64,000 nt of DNA from Vicugna vicugna. Lineage: Eukaryota. Shown in pieces: positions 39,170 through 50,990 of the stretch. Below the pieces are notes generated by a model. The model was not told the origin of the DNA, ran no database searches, and saw nothing but the letters and a program-made list of their open reading frames with translations. How positions within the stretch are numbered: the stretch's first letter is position 1; each line of letters begins with the position of its first letter. The stretch is taken from NCBI GenBank assembly GCA_013265495.1, contig MU062317.1, positions 1,672,229-1,736,228 on the forward strand, written 5' to 3'. The position numbers and the translations under genes are program-made.

Positions 39170-42100
39170 ACTGACAGAAATGGATTTTAATAAACTCAAG
39201 GTTTAGAAACCCCCAGTCCGCACTGGTATGACTTTTGTTAAGGCTGGAGGGAGGGGCAGCTCTTTACAGCGTAAAATGCCAACTGACGTCGGTAAAGGGA
39301 GAGACAGAACGAGAAACGGCCATAGCTCCACAACAGCACAGCGCCCACAACCTCGGAAACCACGTGTGTGACAGGGACACGCCCCGCATTCCGTGGGTCT
39401 GGGAGGTGCCCGGGGTTGAGGCAAAACCACTGGATAGCACTGGCTCGGAGAGGCACCCTCAGATAAGAAAGGACTTTTTTTTTAATGCAATAAACAAGGG
39501 CCTGGTTTGGCAAGAGCTGGGCTGTGCGTGTGGCTGTCGCTGGCCAGCCTGGGGTCCCAGGTGAGACCCAGCACAGTCCCCCTCAGAGCCCCGGCTCCCA
39601 CGTTGGCCAGCGTGCAGCATGACTGACAGACACTGGGAAGCTGGGAGTCTGCAGCCTGGGTCTCGTCTTCCCAGCAAAAAGTACGTAAGATGTTGAAGAA
39701 GCTACTGATAAATTTTTGTTGGAACAAAACACCATCCAAGAAAGTACAATTCATGACATAAAAGCTAAGGGTTGCAGCAGACCCCGGGTGCCTCTCCTGA
39801 CACCATCCAGCCTTCACCCTCCCATGACTCTGAGCGCACCACTCCCTGTAAGTCTGTTCCTGCCGTCCTGCCACACTGTTCCCCACAGTGCCACAGTGCC
39901 CACCCTGAGCTGGTCCAGACACACCAAGGAGCCCCTGAACACTCGGCTCCCTCCCCATACTCCTTGCTCAGCAAAAGAGGACCCCCGCCCACCTGTGGAA
40001 TCACAGGGAGGGGGGAGACGGCCAGCAGGAGGCTCACGGGTGCAGACAGCCCACCCGTGAAACCTGTCCTGCCTGTGGGGTCTGCCCCGACATCCCACCT
40101 CCACTTGCGGACGGAGTCCCTGAGGCCCTCGCGGGGAACCGCACGTGCAGCTAGCTCCCGACAGCACCGGGGAGCGTCCGACCTCTCACCGCTCTCCGCA
40201 CCTGTGGAGGCTGCACGGAACGCGGGGCACTGACCACTTCCCAGGGGCCGCGAGCCCAGGGCAGCCAGGTGGGAGCACTCACACCCGGGAGAGCAGCAAC
40301 GGTGCCCACCAGAGCCTCCTGCCCCTCGAGGGCGCGTGCCAAGGCCACTTCCAACCCAGACACCGAGTTAATGAAGCAAACTCACAAGCCGCGCGGTCGG
40401 CCGCGGTGACAGCCTCTGAAAGGACGCGCCCCCCTCACTGGCCACAGTGGACGAAGCGCCGGCAGACCTGCTCCCGGGAAGACGCGGCGGGCCGGCTCCA
40501 TCCCCTGGCCACACAGGGCCCCTCCCTGGACACGGCGCCAGAGCAGGGGCGCCAAGGGCAGGTGTGTGGGAGCCGGGGGCTGCCAGCCTGCCTCTTGGTG
40601 GGACCAGAACCACCGCCAGATGCTCTGGGTCAGGCTGGCCAGGGCAGCTCCGCGGCCTCTGAGCCAGAGATGGACAGGACCAGGAGGGCCGGGCCGAGCC
40701 TGTGTTAACACGGCCACTTCAGGGATGACAGCCGGAGGGGAGGCGCCCGCAGAGACCTGGCGCCCGAAGGCGGGTGCTGCACTGCTATAAAGGTGACGGA
40801 GGCTCTGGAATTCCACGCCCCCGCCTCCGCCGTCCTCTCTCCTCTATGCAAAAGCACCCATGTCCCCAGAGCTGCCAGGAGACAGGACAGAGGGAGGGCC
40901 TGTGTCCAGGCTGGGCTTGTGGGGGTCCATGCCCCGCCTCAAGCTCCCCCTCCTGCCTGGCTGGGTGGAGCACCTGGTGGGGGCAGAGACCCCTGCCTCA
41001 CCCCCAACAGGGGCTCCCACTCGACTGCCCAGCACCGCCGCTGATAGCCGGGCTCCGGCCCCCACGCCCCCAGGCCCCCCGGAAGAGCCCCCAGCGGGCA
41101 GAGCCGGAGCCACAGGGGCAGCAACAGCTGTAGTGGACGCTGACCCTGGTGCAGGCGGGCCCAGCCCGACACGGAGAGAAAGAGACAGAGGACAGCCGCC
41201 CTCAGACAGGAAGTTCCCCGCGTGGTGGGCTGTGTGACGTCCTTCCCAAGAGGACAGGATGGAGGGAGGGGAGGGGCACTCTGCGGGAGGACGCCAGGGG
41301 AGCAAGGCTGCACCCCGTGAGAGCAGGTGACAGCAGGCGACAGCAGGCGACGACAGCAGGAGCCCGGCCCGGCGTGATGGGAGGGGCTGCAGCTCCGGGC
41401 TTCCTCCCCAAACCCCTGCCCCGGTCCAGCCCCAAGAAGAACCTCAGACAAACCACGTCAGAGCACGTTCCACAGACACGTGGCCGGCACTCCTGCAAAA
41501 CGCCCAGGTCACAAAACAAGGGACGTCTCAGCCAGAGGAGCCCGAGGACACGTGCCGACGGAACGTCCCTTGGGGTCCTGGGTGGGAAGAGGACATGACG
41601 GGAAAGAATGGAAATCCGAGGGAGGGGGACTGAGCTCACGGAACTGTGCCGGCGCGGGACCGTTAACGTAACAGACGTCCGGGAACTGCTGGGTCCCGTG
41701 CCGCCTTCTCTGTTTCCTGTGAAGCAGAACTGTTCTGAACACAGAGGCTGCTGAATCACACAGAGGCCAGGGCTGGGGAGCGCCTGCAGGTGCCCCAGCT
41801 CCGCCCGCCTCGGCCTCCACTCCGCCTGGGGCTCACCCACCCCTCGGCCTCCACCCCAGGTCACACGGGCCCGGCCGTCTACACTCACCTGCGTCACCTG
41901 GGAAGGCCTTGCCCAGCACCAGCTCTCCTGAGTCACTGGAGGGGGTGTCCAGGCAAACACAATCATTTACCTCCATCCCCTCCAAGACCACAGTCAAAGA
42001 AAGAGAAACACTGATTAACCCACAACAGCACCGAGAAGCAGGACCCTGGGAAGCGGGCGGCCACGGTCAGCTGGAGACGGGCCGGGCCGAGTCCCGCCAG

Positions 42101-44096
42101 GCCACAAGCTGGAGGGTCTGGGCGCAGGAGGCGGGCGCCCACCGTCTCTAAGGAGACCCCGGCCTCACCTGAGGCGGCGTGTGGGACAGGGGCTCGGCCA
42201 GAGGCACAGGGCGCCCGGGACACTGCAGCGGGCCGTCCACGTGGGCACATGACCAAGGGTCACGAGGGTGCTGAGGAAACCTCCCAGCAAAACAAACCAA
42301 GAAAAAGACTCCGGGTGGAACCAAAGGACGGCCCGAGCGAAGCCTGAGAACAAGGACGCGGGTGCCGCTCCTGCTGGGCGCGGCCGGCGGGCAGCGCCGC
42401 CCTCCCCTGCCTGCGGCCACCACCCCACCCGCCAGGATCTGAGCGGGCCGGTACTGCTGCGTGAGAGGGGGAACGGCCTGCTCCCCCATCCCTCGGGCGC
42501 CGCTCTCTGCACGGAAGGGAGGTGACGATAGCGGGTGCCCACCGCGGTGCAACGGGCGGCCGACATACGCGTGGACCTAAAGCCAAGCGCTCGGTGGCTC
42601 CCGCAACGCCTCTGTGCGACGGACAGGGCCTCGCACCACAGTTAATAACCTCGAAGAAGCAGCATGAGCTCCCACCGCTGGTGCAAGAGCGGGACACTCT
42701 CTGAGCCGGGACGGACCTTCAGGGTCACAAAGGAGCTCCTGGAAGCAGGAAAGTAAGGACAAGACAGCAACCCAGGAGGCGGCTCGGACACGAAAAGCAA
42801 GAGAAGGCGAGACAGAAGCAGTGCGGGCCGGACAACCAGAGGGCCGGCCCACGAGGGGTCGGCGGGGGCCGCGGGGAAGGGCACGAGAAGCGAGGCGACG
42901 GGCAAAGGCGCGGCCGGGCGGGAGCCGCCGCTCCGCAGCCCCGCTTCCCGCCGAGAGCTCCCAGCACAAGGGCCGGGGAGGTCCCCGTCCGGGCACGTCA
43001 CCGAGGAGTCTGAGACCCTGAGACCTCCAGGGGAGCAAAAACACACAACAGTGAGGGGCCTCTGAGCAGCGACCAGGCGGGAAGCGAGTGGGCGACAGCC
43101 AGTCCCCAGGCACTGCGCGCTGTCCTAACGCGGGCTCCATACCCAGCCAGACCAGCCCGCGTGTCCCACTAGGTCTCAAAAGATGTGCCCCCCGCCCCTG
43201 TCTCACACCATCTCTGGAGGGGTCTCAACTGGACATTAAGCCAAGGGGACAGAGGGGCTGGGGATGGAGGAAGCTGGCCGAGCAGCGCGGAGGGGGAGCT
43301 CGCGGATGACGGATGCGAGGTTCCCGGACCCACTGTGCGGGGCCTGAGGGCACCGGGAGGGCCGTGCCACCAGCATCCAGGGAGGGCGGCCCCTGCTCCG
43401 GGAAGACTGTGGGCAAATTTGAGACAGGGCTTTAGAAAACTCTAAGGAGGAAAATCAAGACGCATACTAACCACAAGGGAAACCCGAAGTCGCACAGGAC
43501 AGGAAACGGACCGAGCAGCTCGCGAATACTTATGAAACCCATGAAACACAAACACTCGGTGATTACACAGCCCCCCTGGGCGCAGAGGGAGGCGAGCCGA
43601 GCAGACGCGCCCAGAGACGGAGCGGGACGAGCAACGCACCCTGGGGAAGCGCGGCTCGGGAATCTGGAAATAAGTGCCCGGAGGAGCCACGTTCCGCGCA
43701 GTTGAAAGCAAGCCGGTCAAAGGGTGGGAGGGAGGCTGGAGACACCTGTTCCCTCTCCTTAAACCACGTGGACTGTTTCACATCTTAAAATAGAAACACA
43801 CAGAACCCAAAATTCTGGACGTGAAAATGAGGAACAGGACCAAAGTCCACACACCAGCATTTCCGGACCAGGATGAGCCTCACTCCATCTTCCCAACAAA
43901 CCCATTTCACAGGGATGGAAACAGAGGCACAGGCGGGGGGCATGGGGCCACGTGGACCGGACAGCCCTGGGCCCTGGCCACAGCTCGCTCTCTGGGGCCC
44001 TTCCCACAGCCAACGTGGAGATGGTCCATTTTGCTGTAAAGTAAATCTTTTTTAACTTGCCACGTTTAAAAGAGGCATTTGAGAAAGCAGACTTTA

Positions 44097-44285
44097 GGGG
44101 GAGGATGAAGCTCAACGGTGGAGCGCGTGCCTAGCAAGCAGGAGGTCCTGGGTTCAGTCCCCAGGACCGCCATTAAATAAATAAGTAAACAAACAAACCT
44201 AATTACCCCCCAAAATAAATAAACAAAAAGATAAAATTTTTAAAAAAGTCAACTTAAAGACAAACTGTGCTTAGAAAAAAAAAAA
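44097..44285 (+). mobile_element. Camelid-type tRNA-derived SINE with 10-bp TSD
   Basis: ggggaggatgaagctcaacggtggagcgcgtgcctagc...gaggtcctgggttcagtcccc...aaacctaattacccccc plus A-rich tail; TSD gcagacttta at 44087-44096 and 44286-44295. Confidence 0.9.
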
Positions 44286-47066
44286 GGCAGACTTTAAAAA
44301 GACCAGACACACTCGAGCCACCAATTAAACACTTAAGCACAAATTCAGGGTCCCCTCCAGCCACCAGCGTTGTGTGTACGAGGTCTTGCTCCCCCAGTCA
44401 GTGATCAGGGACTGAGATGAGCTGAGACAGCCCCCACGCCGCCAGCCATCACCACACCTCAGGAACAAGTACCCAGAAAGGACGGCTCGTCGTCAAGCCG
44501 GCACCCGGGCCTCTCCCGACCTGGCTCCTCCCCTGGAGGGAACGGGGCCCCGGCTCACGGTCTGCCCACCTTGGGGGAGCAGAACGGGCTGGGTCCGGCG
44601 TTGGCCTCGAGACACCAACGAAGAGCAGCCCGTCGTAAATGAGGTGGCCTACTCTACATTCTAGGATAACCCTAAAAATAAACCGTCACGCCCAGACACA
44701 CCGGCGGGGACCTTGCGGGGCCCCTCCTGTGTGAGCTGTGATGTCCGCAGCTTCATCACAGAGCAACTCAAACGCTCCGTGGCAGTTGGTTCAGGCAGTT
44801 CATTGTGGACAATGGGGTTCCTGCCCCTCCCACAAAATAACAAGCTGTTACGGACGGACACCCTGCTCTGGGCCGGGAGCTGGGGACCCCACCAGAGCAC
44901 GACATGCCACCCACCCCTGTGGAGCGGTGGCCCTAAGTGCCGCTCACCCTGCGGGAGCGGCGGGAACAGCACGAGCAAAGGCCCGGGGCAGCAGGGATTG
45001 ACCAAGATGGCCCAGCCCCTGGGCGCGAGGCGGGGAGGCGGGGAACAGGAAGGCTTTCCGCTCTCAGGATGCAGCCCAGAGGCGTGGGACCTGCAAAGAG
45101 GGTTTGTCCTCAGAGGGACTGACCGGGTGTCACCTCGGCCCTGGCTCTGCAGGGTGCGGTTCCGAGCCCCCCTCCTCTCCGCAGGACAGCCCCCAGCACG
45201 GGGCGCCAGCAAGGGAGCAACTGCTACCCATGGCTGCGGATCCTCAGTGGAGTTTGGAGCCGGACCCCAGCCACCTGCCAGCTGAGCTCCAAGATGGCTA
45301 GAACTCCGTGGGCTTCGCTGTCCTGGGGAGTCAGAAGAGACCCAGCCCCCCGGCCACACTGATATCAGGGGAACAAGACGGGGGTCTGGGGTGCTCCTGA
45401 AGCAGGGAGTCCCCGCTGGGACCGCAGACAACCCTGACGGGGGGGAGTCAGTGTCCAGGGGGTGGCCGAGGGTGGCCTCCACCCGGAGTGCCCAGGCTGG
45501 ACTGACCAGGGCACTCGGCTGCTCCGTGAGACCGACTGGCAGCCGTGGAAGTAACGCTGGAAGGTTACCGGGCTCTGGGCTGGGTGAACAGCACACACAC
45601 TCCTTACGTAACCGCCAGGGCTGGGAATGCTGAGAAGGCGGCCGGTTGGCGGCTGGCGCGTGAAGGCAGGAAGGCGGTGAAGCCGCTCAGACCGCCCGGA
45701 CGCGGACGCAGGTGCACCGTGCCGCAGCCCCACCGGCAGCATCCACACAGGATGGGGGCACGCCTCAGCCCGCCCCACTCACGGCTTCCCCGGAGCCCAG
45801 CCGAGGCCCCGAGGCCGGAAAGCCGCGGTCCGGGGGCAGTGTCTGCCCTCCGAGGGTCCCCGCGGCCCTGCACCGGCAGCGCGTGATGGCGAGGAGGAAA
45901 GAGGCCAAGTAGTTCCGAAGAAACTATGACACAGCTAATTTCTGCTCCCCGGCCAGCACACGTGCAAGCCAACACCTGCCCCATCTCCCACACACCCCAC
46001 CAACGTTCCCCACGTCTCTCAGTTCCAGGGTCCAAAAACAGACGGGTCGCCGTGCAACCCGGGCCGGCTACAGAGCAGCCAGTGTTTCAGCGGCCCTTCT
46101 GCTCCTGGGGGAGGGGTGCACTCCGTCTGGAAAGGCCTCCCCGCCACCCCAGCACCGTGCACACGAGGGGGAGCCTGCACCCTGCAGCCCACTCGCCTGG
46201 CTCCCCGCCAGCCTGGGGGGTGCTGTCTGCTGTTGTTTTTGTTTTTCACAAAAACACCTTGCAAAATGGACGTCAGAAAAGCACCCACATCCCCACATCC
46301 CCACCAGTGACGTGCAGCCCCGAGCGCATCTGACTCTACCTCCAACCATCTCAGAACGGAGAACCAGCCGCTGGGGCCACGCTCATCGCCGACCTCCGAG
46401 GCCAGGGTGGAGGAGCCGGCCCATCAGCGCTGGCTGTGCCCCCAGACTCCAATACAACCTGTCCACGCAAAGACCGAGCCAGGACGAGGGGCCTGCGGGA
46501 GCTGAGCCGCTCTGCGGACGGAGCTCAGTGTGGGGAAACAGGTGCGGGCCACCGCCGCCAGCCAGGGGCTCCACACTTCCCCATCGCGGTGCTGCCGACA
46601 CTCCGCTGGCAGCAACGCACACGCACGCTCGCTCGGCAACGGCGCTCAGACCCTCCACGGAGAAGGCAGCAGGCAGGCCCCCAGCCAGGGTGTCAGATGG
46701 AAACGAGGCTGCTTCCTGAGCCAGGCCTCGGCCACACACGCCCGATCTAGGGGGTACGTCCCCTCCCCACCCCCGCGTCAGCACCTCGCTCGCCGGGTGC
46801 GCTCCCCTGGGGCTTGTTTCTAAAACCTGCCCCCTCGGAAACAAGAGCCCCTCAGCACTGCCCCCCTCCCCCCCGCGCGGCTGGAGCTGCTGCAGCCACA
46901 ACCCTGCCTGGGGCCAGCGGCCCCCGCACGCCTGTGCTCGGAGCATCCCTGCAGGGGGGAGGCTGCGGGCCAGGCCGCCAGGCCAGCCGAGATGCGGACT
47001 CGCGGCCTCGGCCGCTGACCGCACACGGCCTGTGCAGAGAAGGCACGGGCGACGGGCATTACTCAC

Positions 47067-47290
47067 GGGCTTTCTCCTGCCTCCTCAGCTCAGGCTCTTT
47101 ATGCTCTACGGAGCGGCAGGCGTGGAAGGAGGCATTCTCCTTCCTCCAATGCGCCAACGCTGCCCCTTGCTCCCCGGACCCCGACAATAGGCAGGGTGGG
47201 CTCAGATATTTAAAGGAAGGCTGGCCGGCCCGTCCCCCGCCTCTCCCATCCCTGCCTCCTCATGTCTCCAGGCCCGGGTGGTACCCGGCT
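47067..47290 (-). other. PRKCZ: PKMzeta alternative first exon (exon 1'), 5'UTR; TSS approximate
   Basis: Minus-strand CCCGGGCCTGGAGACATGAGGAGGCAGGGATG...TTTAAATATCTG...CCTGCCTATTGTCGGGG...GAGCATAAAGA...CTGAGGAGGCAGGAGAAAGCCC resembles the rodent PKMzeta leader as I recall it. It ends at donor |GTGAGT (47066), lies in a CpG-rich region about 11 kb into intron 4, and has a CRE just upstream. Confidence 0.82.
47106..47263 (-). other. Three uORFs in exon 1': 47263-47210 (MRRQGWERRGTGRPAFL*), 47249-47202 (MGEAGDGPASLPLNI*), 47135-47106 (MPPSTPAAP*)
   Basis: Translated directly from the sequence. uORF-mediated repression of PKMzeta translation is established. Confidence 0.7.
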
Positions 47291-47354
47291 CCCCTGGGAA
47301 GCTGGAGCCAGCAGCTGAGGCACCAACTAAAACACGGCCTGGATGTCGAGGAGC

Positions 47355-47362
47355 TGACGTCA
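47355..47362. promoter_or_regulatory. Canonical CRE (TGACGTCA) of the PKMzeta internal promoter
   Basis: Perfect palindrome about 290 nt upstream of the exon 1' donor. It is the only perfect CRE I noticed in the window by eye. A CRE in the PKMzeta promoter is established. Confidence 0.85.
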
Positions 47363-50300
47363 CAGGACAACAAGCGTCTCTGTGCTGAGACGGTCCTGAG
47401 AGGGAAGGCAGGGCCATGGCTCGGCCCCCCAGAGCCTTTCAAAGCCAGTGTCCGTGGGGACAGAGCCCAGCCGGCCTGGGTTCGCCAGATCGGGCTCGCC
47501 GGCCAGGACACGGGGACACAGCGGCCACCAGAGTGCGGGCGACCTCCGGCCCGTGTCCACAGAGGCCAACAACGGGTCCGGCCCAAATGCTCAGGCCCTG
47601 AGTCCTGGGCACTGTGGCTGGAGGGGCGGGATGAAGAGACACTGTGGGTCAGGTCCTCGAGCCGAGCCCTGGGTCATGTGGTGGTTCTGCGTGGCGGCTG
47701 TTTGGGGGGAGGGGGCAGAAATGGGGGAACAGAGCTCCCGGGGGCACCACACACAGGGAGGTGAGCATCGAGTGACTGGCCTGGAATCGCACCTGTCCCA
47801 GCCTAAGGCTCCCCGACACATGGCCTGTGTCCTGCCGACACTGGCCAGGGCAGACCCTCGACCCCTCAAAACTCAGCATCCAGGTCTCACCGGTGGAAGG
47901 TGAGCGCTGAGCCATTTCCCTCCAATTCCAAGGTCACCGGCCTGGGCCAGTTTCCCCGAGCCCCGGTGCTCGTGCCAACCCTGCATGGCTGGCTCCAGGC
48001 TGGGGGCCAGGAAGGATCAGGAACTTCTTCCCACCCTCCACACCACCCCCAGCTGGCGCACATGCTGGGAAAGGCAAGTGTCCCAGCTCAAACCTGCTGC
48101 CAGGTTACAAGCAGTGTCAGGCTCACGCTCATTCGCGTCCACCACAGAGTCCGGGCCAGGGCTCTGGGTTCGAGCTCCAGCTCCTTCACTAGCGATGGAC
48201 TGGAGTCACTCTGGAGCTTCTCTGACCCCTGGCTGACCAGCCAGCCAGGTAGGGTGTCTCGTAACACATGAAAACCACGAACACAGCACCAGACACACCA
48301 CTGGAGTGGAAGGTCCCCAGATCTCCTCCACCGGAAATAAGGCTGGCGAACGACAAGCTAGGGGTGGCTTTCCCGCTGGGCTGACAAAAATCTAAATCCC
48401 AGGCCTTCAAGACACGTGAGCGTGGACGAGTCTGTACAAAACGTTTCTGTCTCAGCTGGTTTCCCATGATGGCAGCAGCTGAGCAGCTGCGGCCGAGCCC
48501 AGAGAGCCCAGACAGCCCAGGCCCTCGCCGTCTGGTCTTCGCAGGAGAGGTGTGCCCACCCAGAGACTGCGGACCCCTGGCACCCCGGGGCCGCCGTGCC
48601 CACAGCGGGCTTCCGCGATGAGTGCAGAGTCAGCCCGAGTCCCAGAGAAGCTTCGTGTGCGAGCAGCTTTGCGTCACGGCTGTTGCCCACGGCCCATGTC
48701 TCTCCTGCAACCTGTCCCGAAACATCCAGCTCTTCAGGCCCCTAGAAAACTCAGGCTAAACTTGAAGACGGCTGATTTTTTTACTGGAAGCATGTTTTAG
48801 GTGGAAAAGTAGCTTTTGTTGCAAATAATCTGAGACAAAACAGAACATGGCTGGATTTGTAATAAAACAACACACACGAGAACCAGGGAATGAGGGGCAC
48901 CAGGGACCTTGGGGGGACTCCGCAGTAATCAGCCCACGGTGCCTGCTCCATCACCCAGTCGACCACGGGCCCCCACCCACTTTGAGGACGCTGGGTGGCC
49001 TTCAGCACCTGCTGGGGCACCGACCTCCCACCTGATCGGCCAGCGGGGCCGGGGAGGCGGCGAGCTGGGCTCCCTGGGCCCTCAGCCCGTTCCCGGGGCC
49101 CTTCTGAACTCTTCAGTGCGCACCCGGGGCAAGCAGGGGAGACTGAGGCACAGGAAGCTGCACCCCTGCTGGGAGCCCACCCTGGTCGCCTCAGGTGGGT
49201 GTCCGCCAGAGGTGCAGCCCAGCCAAGGTCCCGCCCTGCCCAGCTCTGCCTCTGGGCAGTTGCCCAGCGTGTGTCCCGAGGCACACAGAGCTTCAGAGCC
49301 AGAGAACAGTCAGGGCAGCCGCTCTGGGCCCAACGGGTGGGCGGATGAGGGAGAGGTAGTGGGACGGAGGGCCGCGGCCCAGGTCTGGGGGTGCTGCTAT
49401 GGCCCTGTGTGATCCCCTCCTCTCCCACAGCCCTGGCAGGGAGGCCCCTCCGCTCGCAACCCACCGTGGCCCCTGCAGCGCGTGGCTGTCCCTCAGCAGC
49501 CCTGACCCAGCCCGCTCCTCCGTCACCACTCCTCTGAGCTTCTGGGGCTCCTGACAGGTGAGGAGCCCAGGCGGCCCACAGAGGCTGTGCAGGGGACAGA
49601 GCTACAGACAGAGCCAGTGGTCAAGCACCCTCCTGGCTACAACTCCAGACCCCACAGACCCGAGGGGTAAGGCTGAAGAGGGTCCCAGTTTCTCAGGGTC
49701 CTGGCCCAGGTACAATCTCCCACCCCTGGGGATGCTGTCCTGGACACCGTGCTTGGCCCCAGACCCCACACAAGGGCCACCCGGGCAACAAGCAGGGTCC
49801 TCTGCAGGGGGAGCAGTGCTGCCCGCCCCTCGGAATGTGGGCTGCCTCCCCCAGGGAGCAAGCTGGAGGGGGCCGGTCCTAAACCAGCCAGCCCACCAAA
49901 CAACCCAGCAAACGGCCCACCAAACAGTCCAGGGACGCCCCTGTCACTCACGTGTGCAGGCAAATGACATACAGCGCACGGCTGCCGCACCTTCCAGGAA
50001 GGTGATCCCGCCCCCCAGCGGGGGACTCGCTCCAGCTGTCCATCACCCCCCGGGCCACAGCCCCCCAGGCTGGAGTCAGGTCCCCAGGAAAAGCGCCTAC
50101 AGAGGAGGGGCCGGCAGGAGTGGCCGATGGGTGTCCGATCACATGGGTAGGAGGGTGGCCAGACATCAAGGACAGTGGCCATTGAAGGGGCTGACAGGGC
50201 AGTGGGCCAGCAGCAACTGGGCAGCAGGGCCCCAGTGTCCGTGGAAAAACGGGCAAAGGTCTTGGCCACGCTCAGCCGTGCTGGGCCTGCCACTGCCGGA

Positions 50301-50659
50301 GGCCCTACGGACATGCCTCCCAAACCCACAGCTGTCCACAAGCCCAGCCGGTGTTCCTGACCACTCGCACTGGCCGCACACAGACCACAGCCCCCAGGTG
50401 GCTCACAGGAACCCCGTGTCACGAGGGGGGCCCGCACCCCTGGGCGGGCCTGGTGCGAATCCACCATCCACTGTCCGACACAGGGTCCCACCTCTCAAAG
50501 CTCCGCACGGGACCCCGGCCCAAATGCTGCAAGGGCACTGGACTCCCCGCAAATCCACATGGCCTCCACCACAGGCTTCACACCAGAGGCCTGTGGAAAC
50601 CCTGGGCAGAGGGCGTTTCCCGGGGACAGACCCCACCCACGCAGTGCGGGGGGGTCTCA

Positions 50660-50990
50660 CCTGAATGCAGCTGACCGACAGTCCACATTCTCACCCCCCG
50701 AACCTGCAGGTGTTCACAGATGTGATGAAGTAAGGGTCTGGAGGTTGTCCGGTTAACTGAATGGCCCTAAATCCAGTGACACGTCCTTGTAAGAGGAGGA
50801 GGAAAGACAGGCAGACAGGAGGGGAAATGCCGTGGAGGATGGAGGGAGGCAGCGGCTGGAGTGGGGTGGCCGCCACCAGCTGCGACCAGAAGGGCTGGAA
50901 CACGTTCTCCCCCAGAGCCTCCCCCAGGCTCCACCTCCAGGCTGTTCTGAGTGGTCTTTGGTTGTGTGGCCCCAGGAACCTACCCCACCC
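50660..50990 (+). mobile_element. MLT1C/D-like LTR
   Basis: cagatgtgatgaagtaaggg...ggccctaaatccagtgacacgtccttgtaagagg...ttctcccccagagcctcc. Confidence 0.65.

Larger units (their letters stand above)
45480..47600. promoter_or_regulatory. Intragenic CpG-rich region around the PKMzeta promoter and exon 1'
   Basis: Visibly dense CpG clusters at 45480-45900 and 46300-47600; estimated by eye, not computed. Confidence 0.6.

Noticed and set aside
41889-41897. Second 9-nt AG...GT microexon-like match (GTGACGCAG|GTGAGT)
   Set aside because: Weak polypyrimidine tract; it shows such matches occur by chance, which also tempers the 30784 candidate.
49558-50664. 368-aa ORF, and other long ORFs such as 28038-29078, 44661-45596, 46814-47764
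   Set aside because: Pro/Gly/Ala/Arg-rich low-complexity translations with overlapping ORFs in several frames and no recognisable domain; expected in GC-rich intronic DNA.
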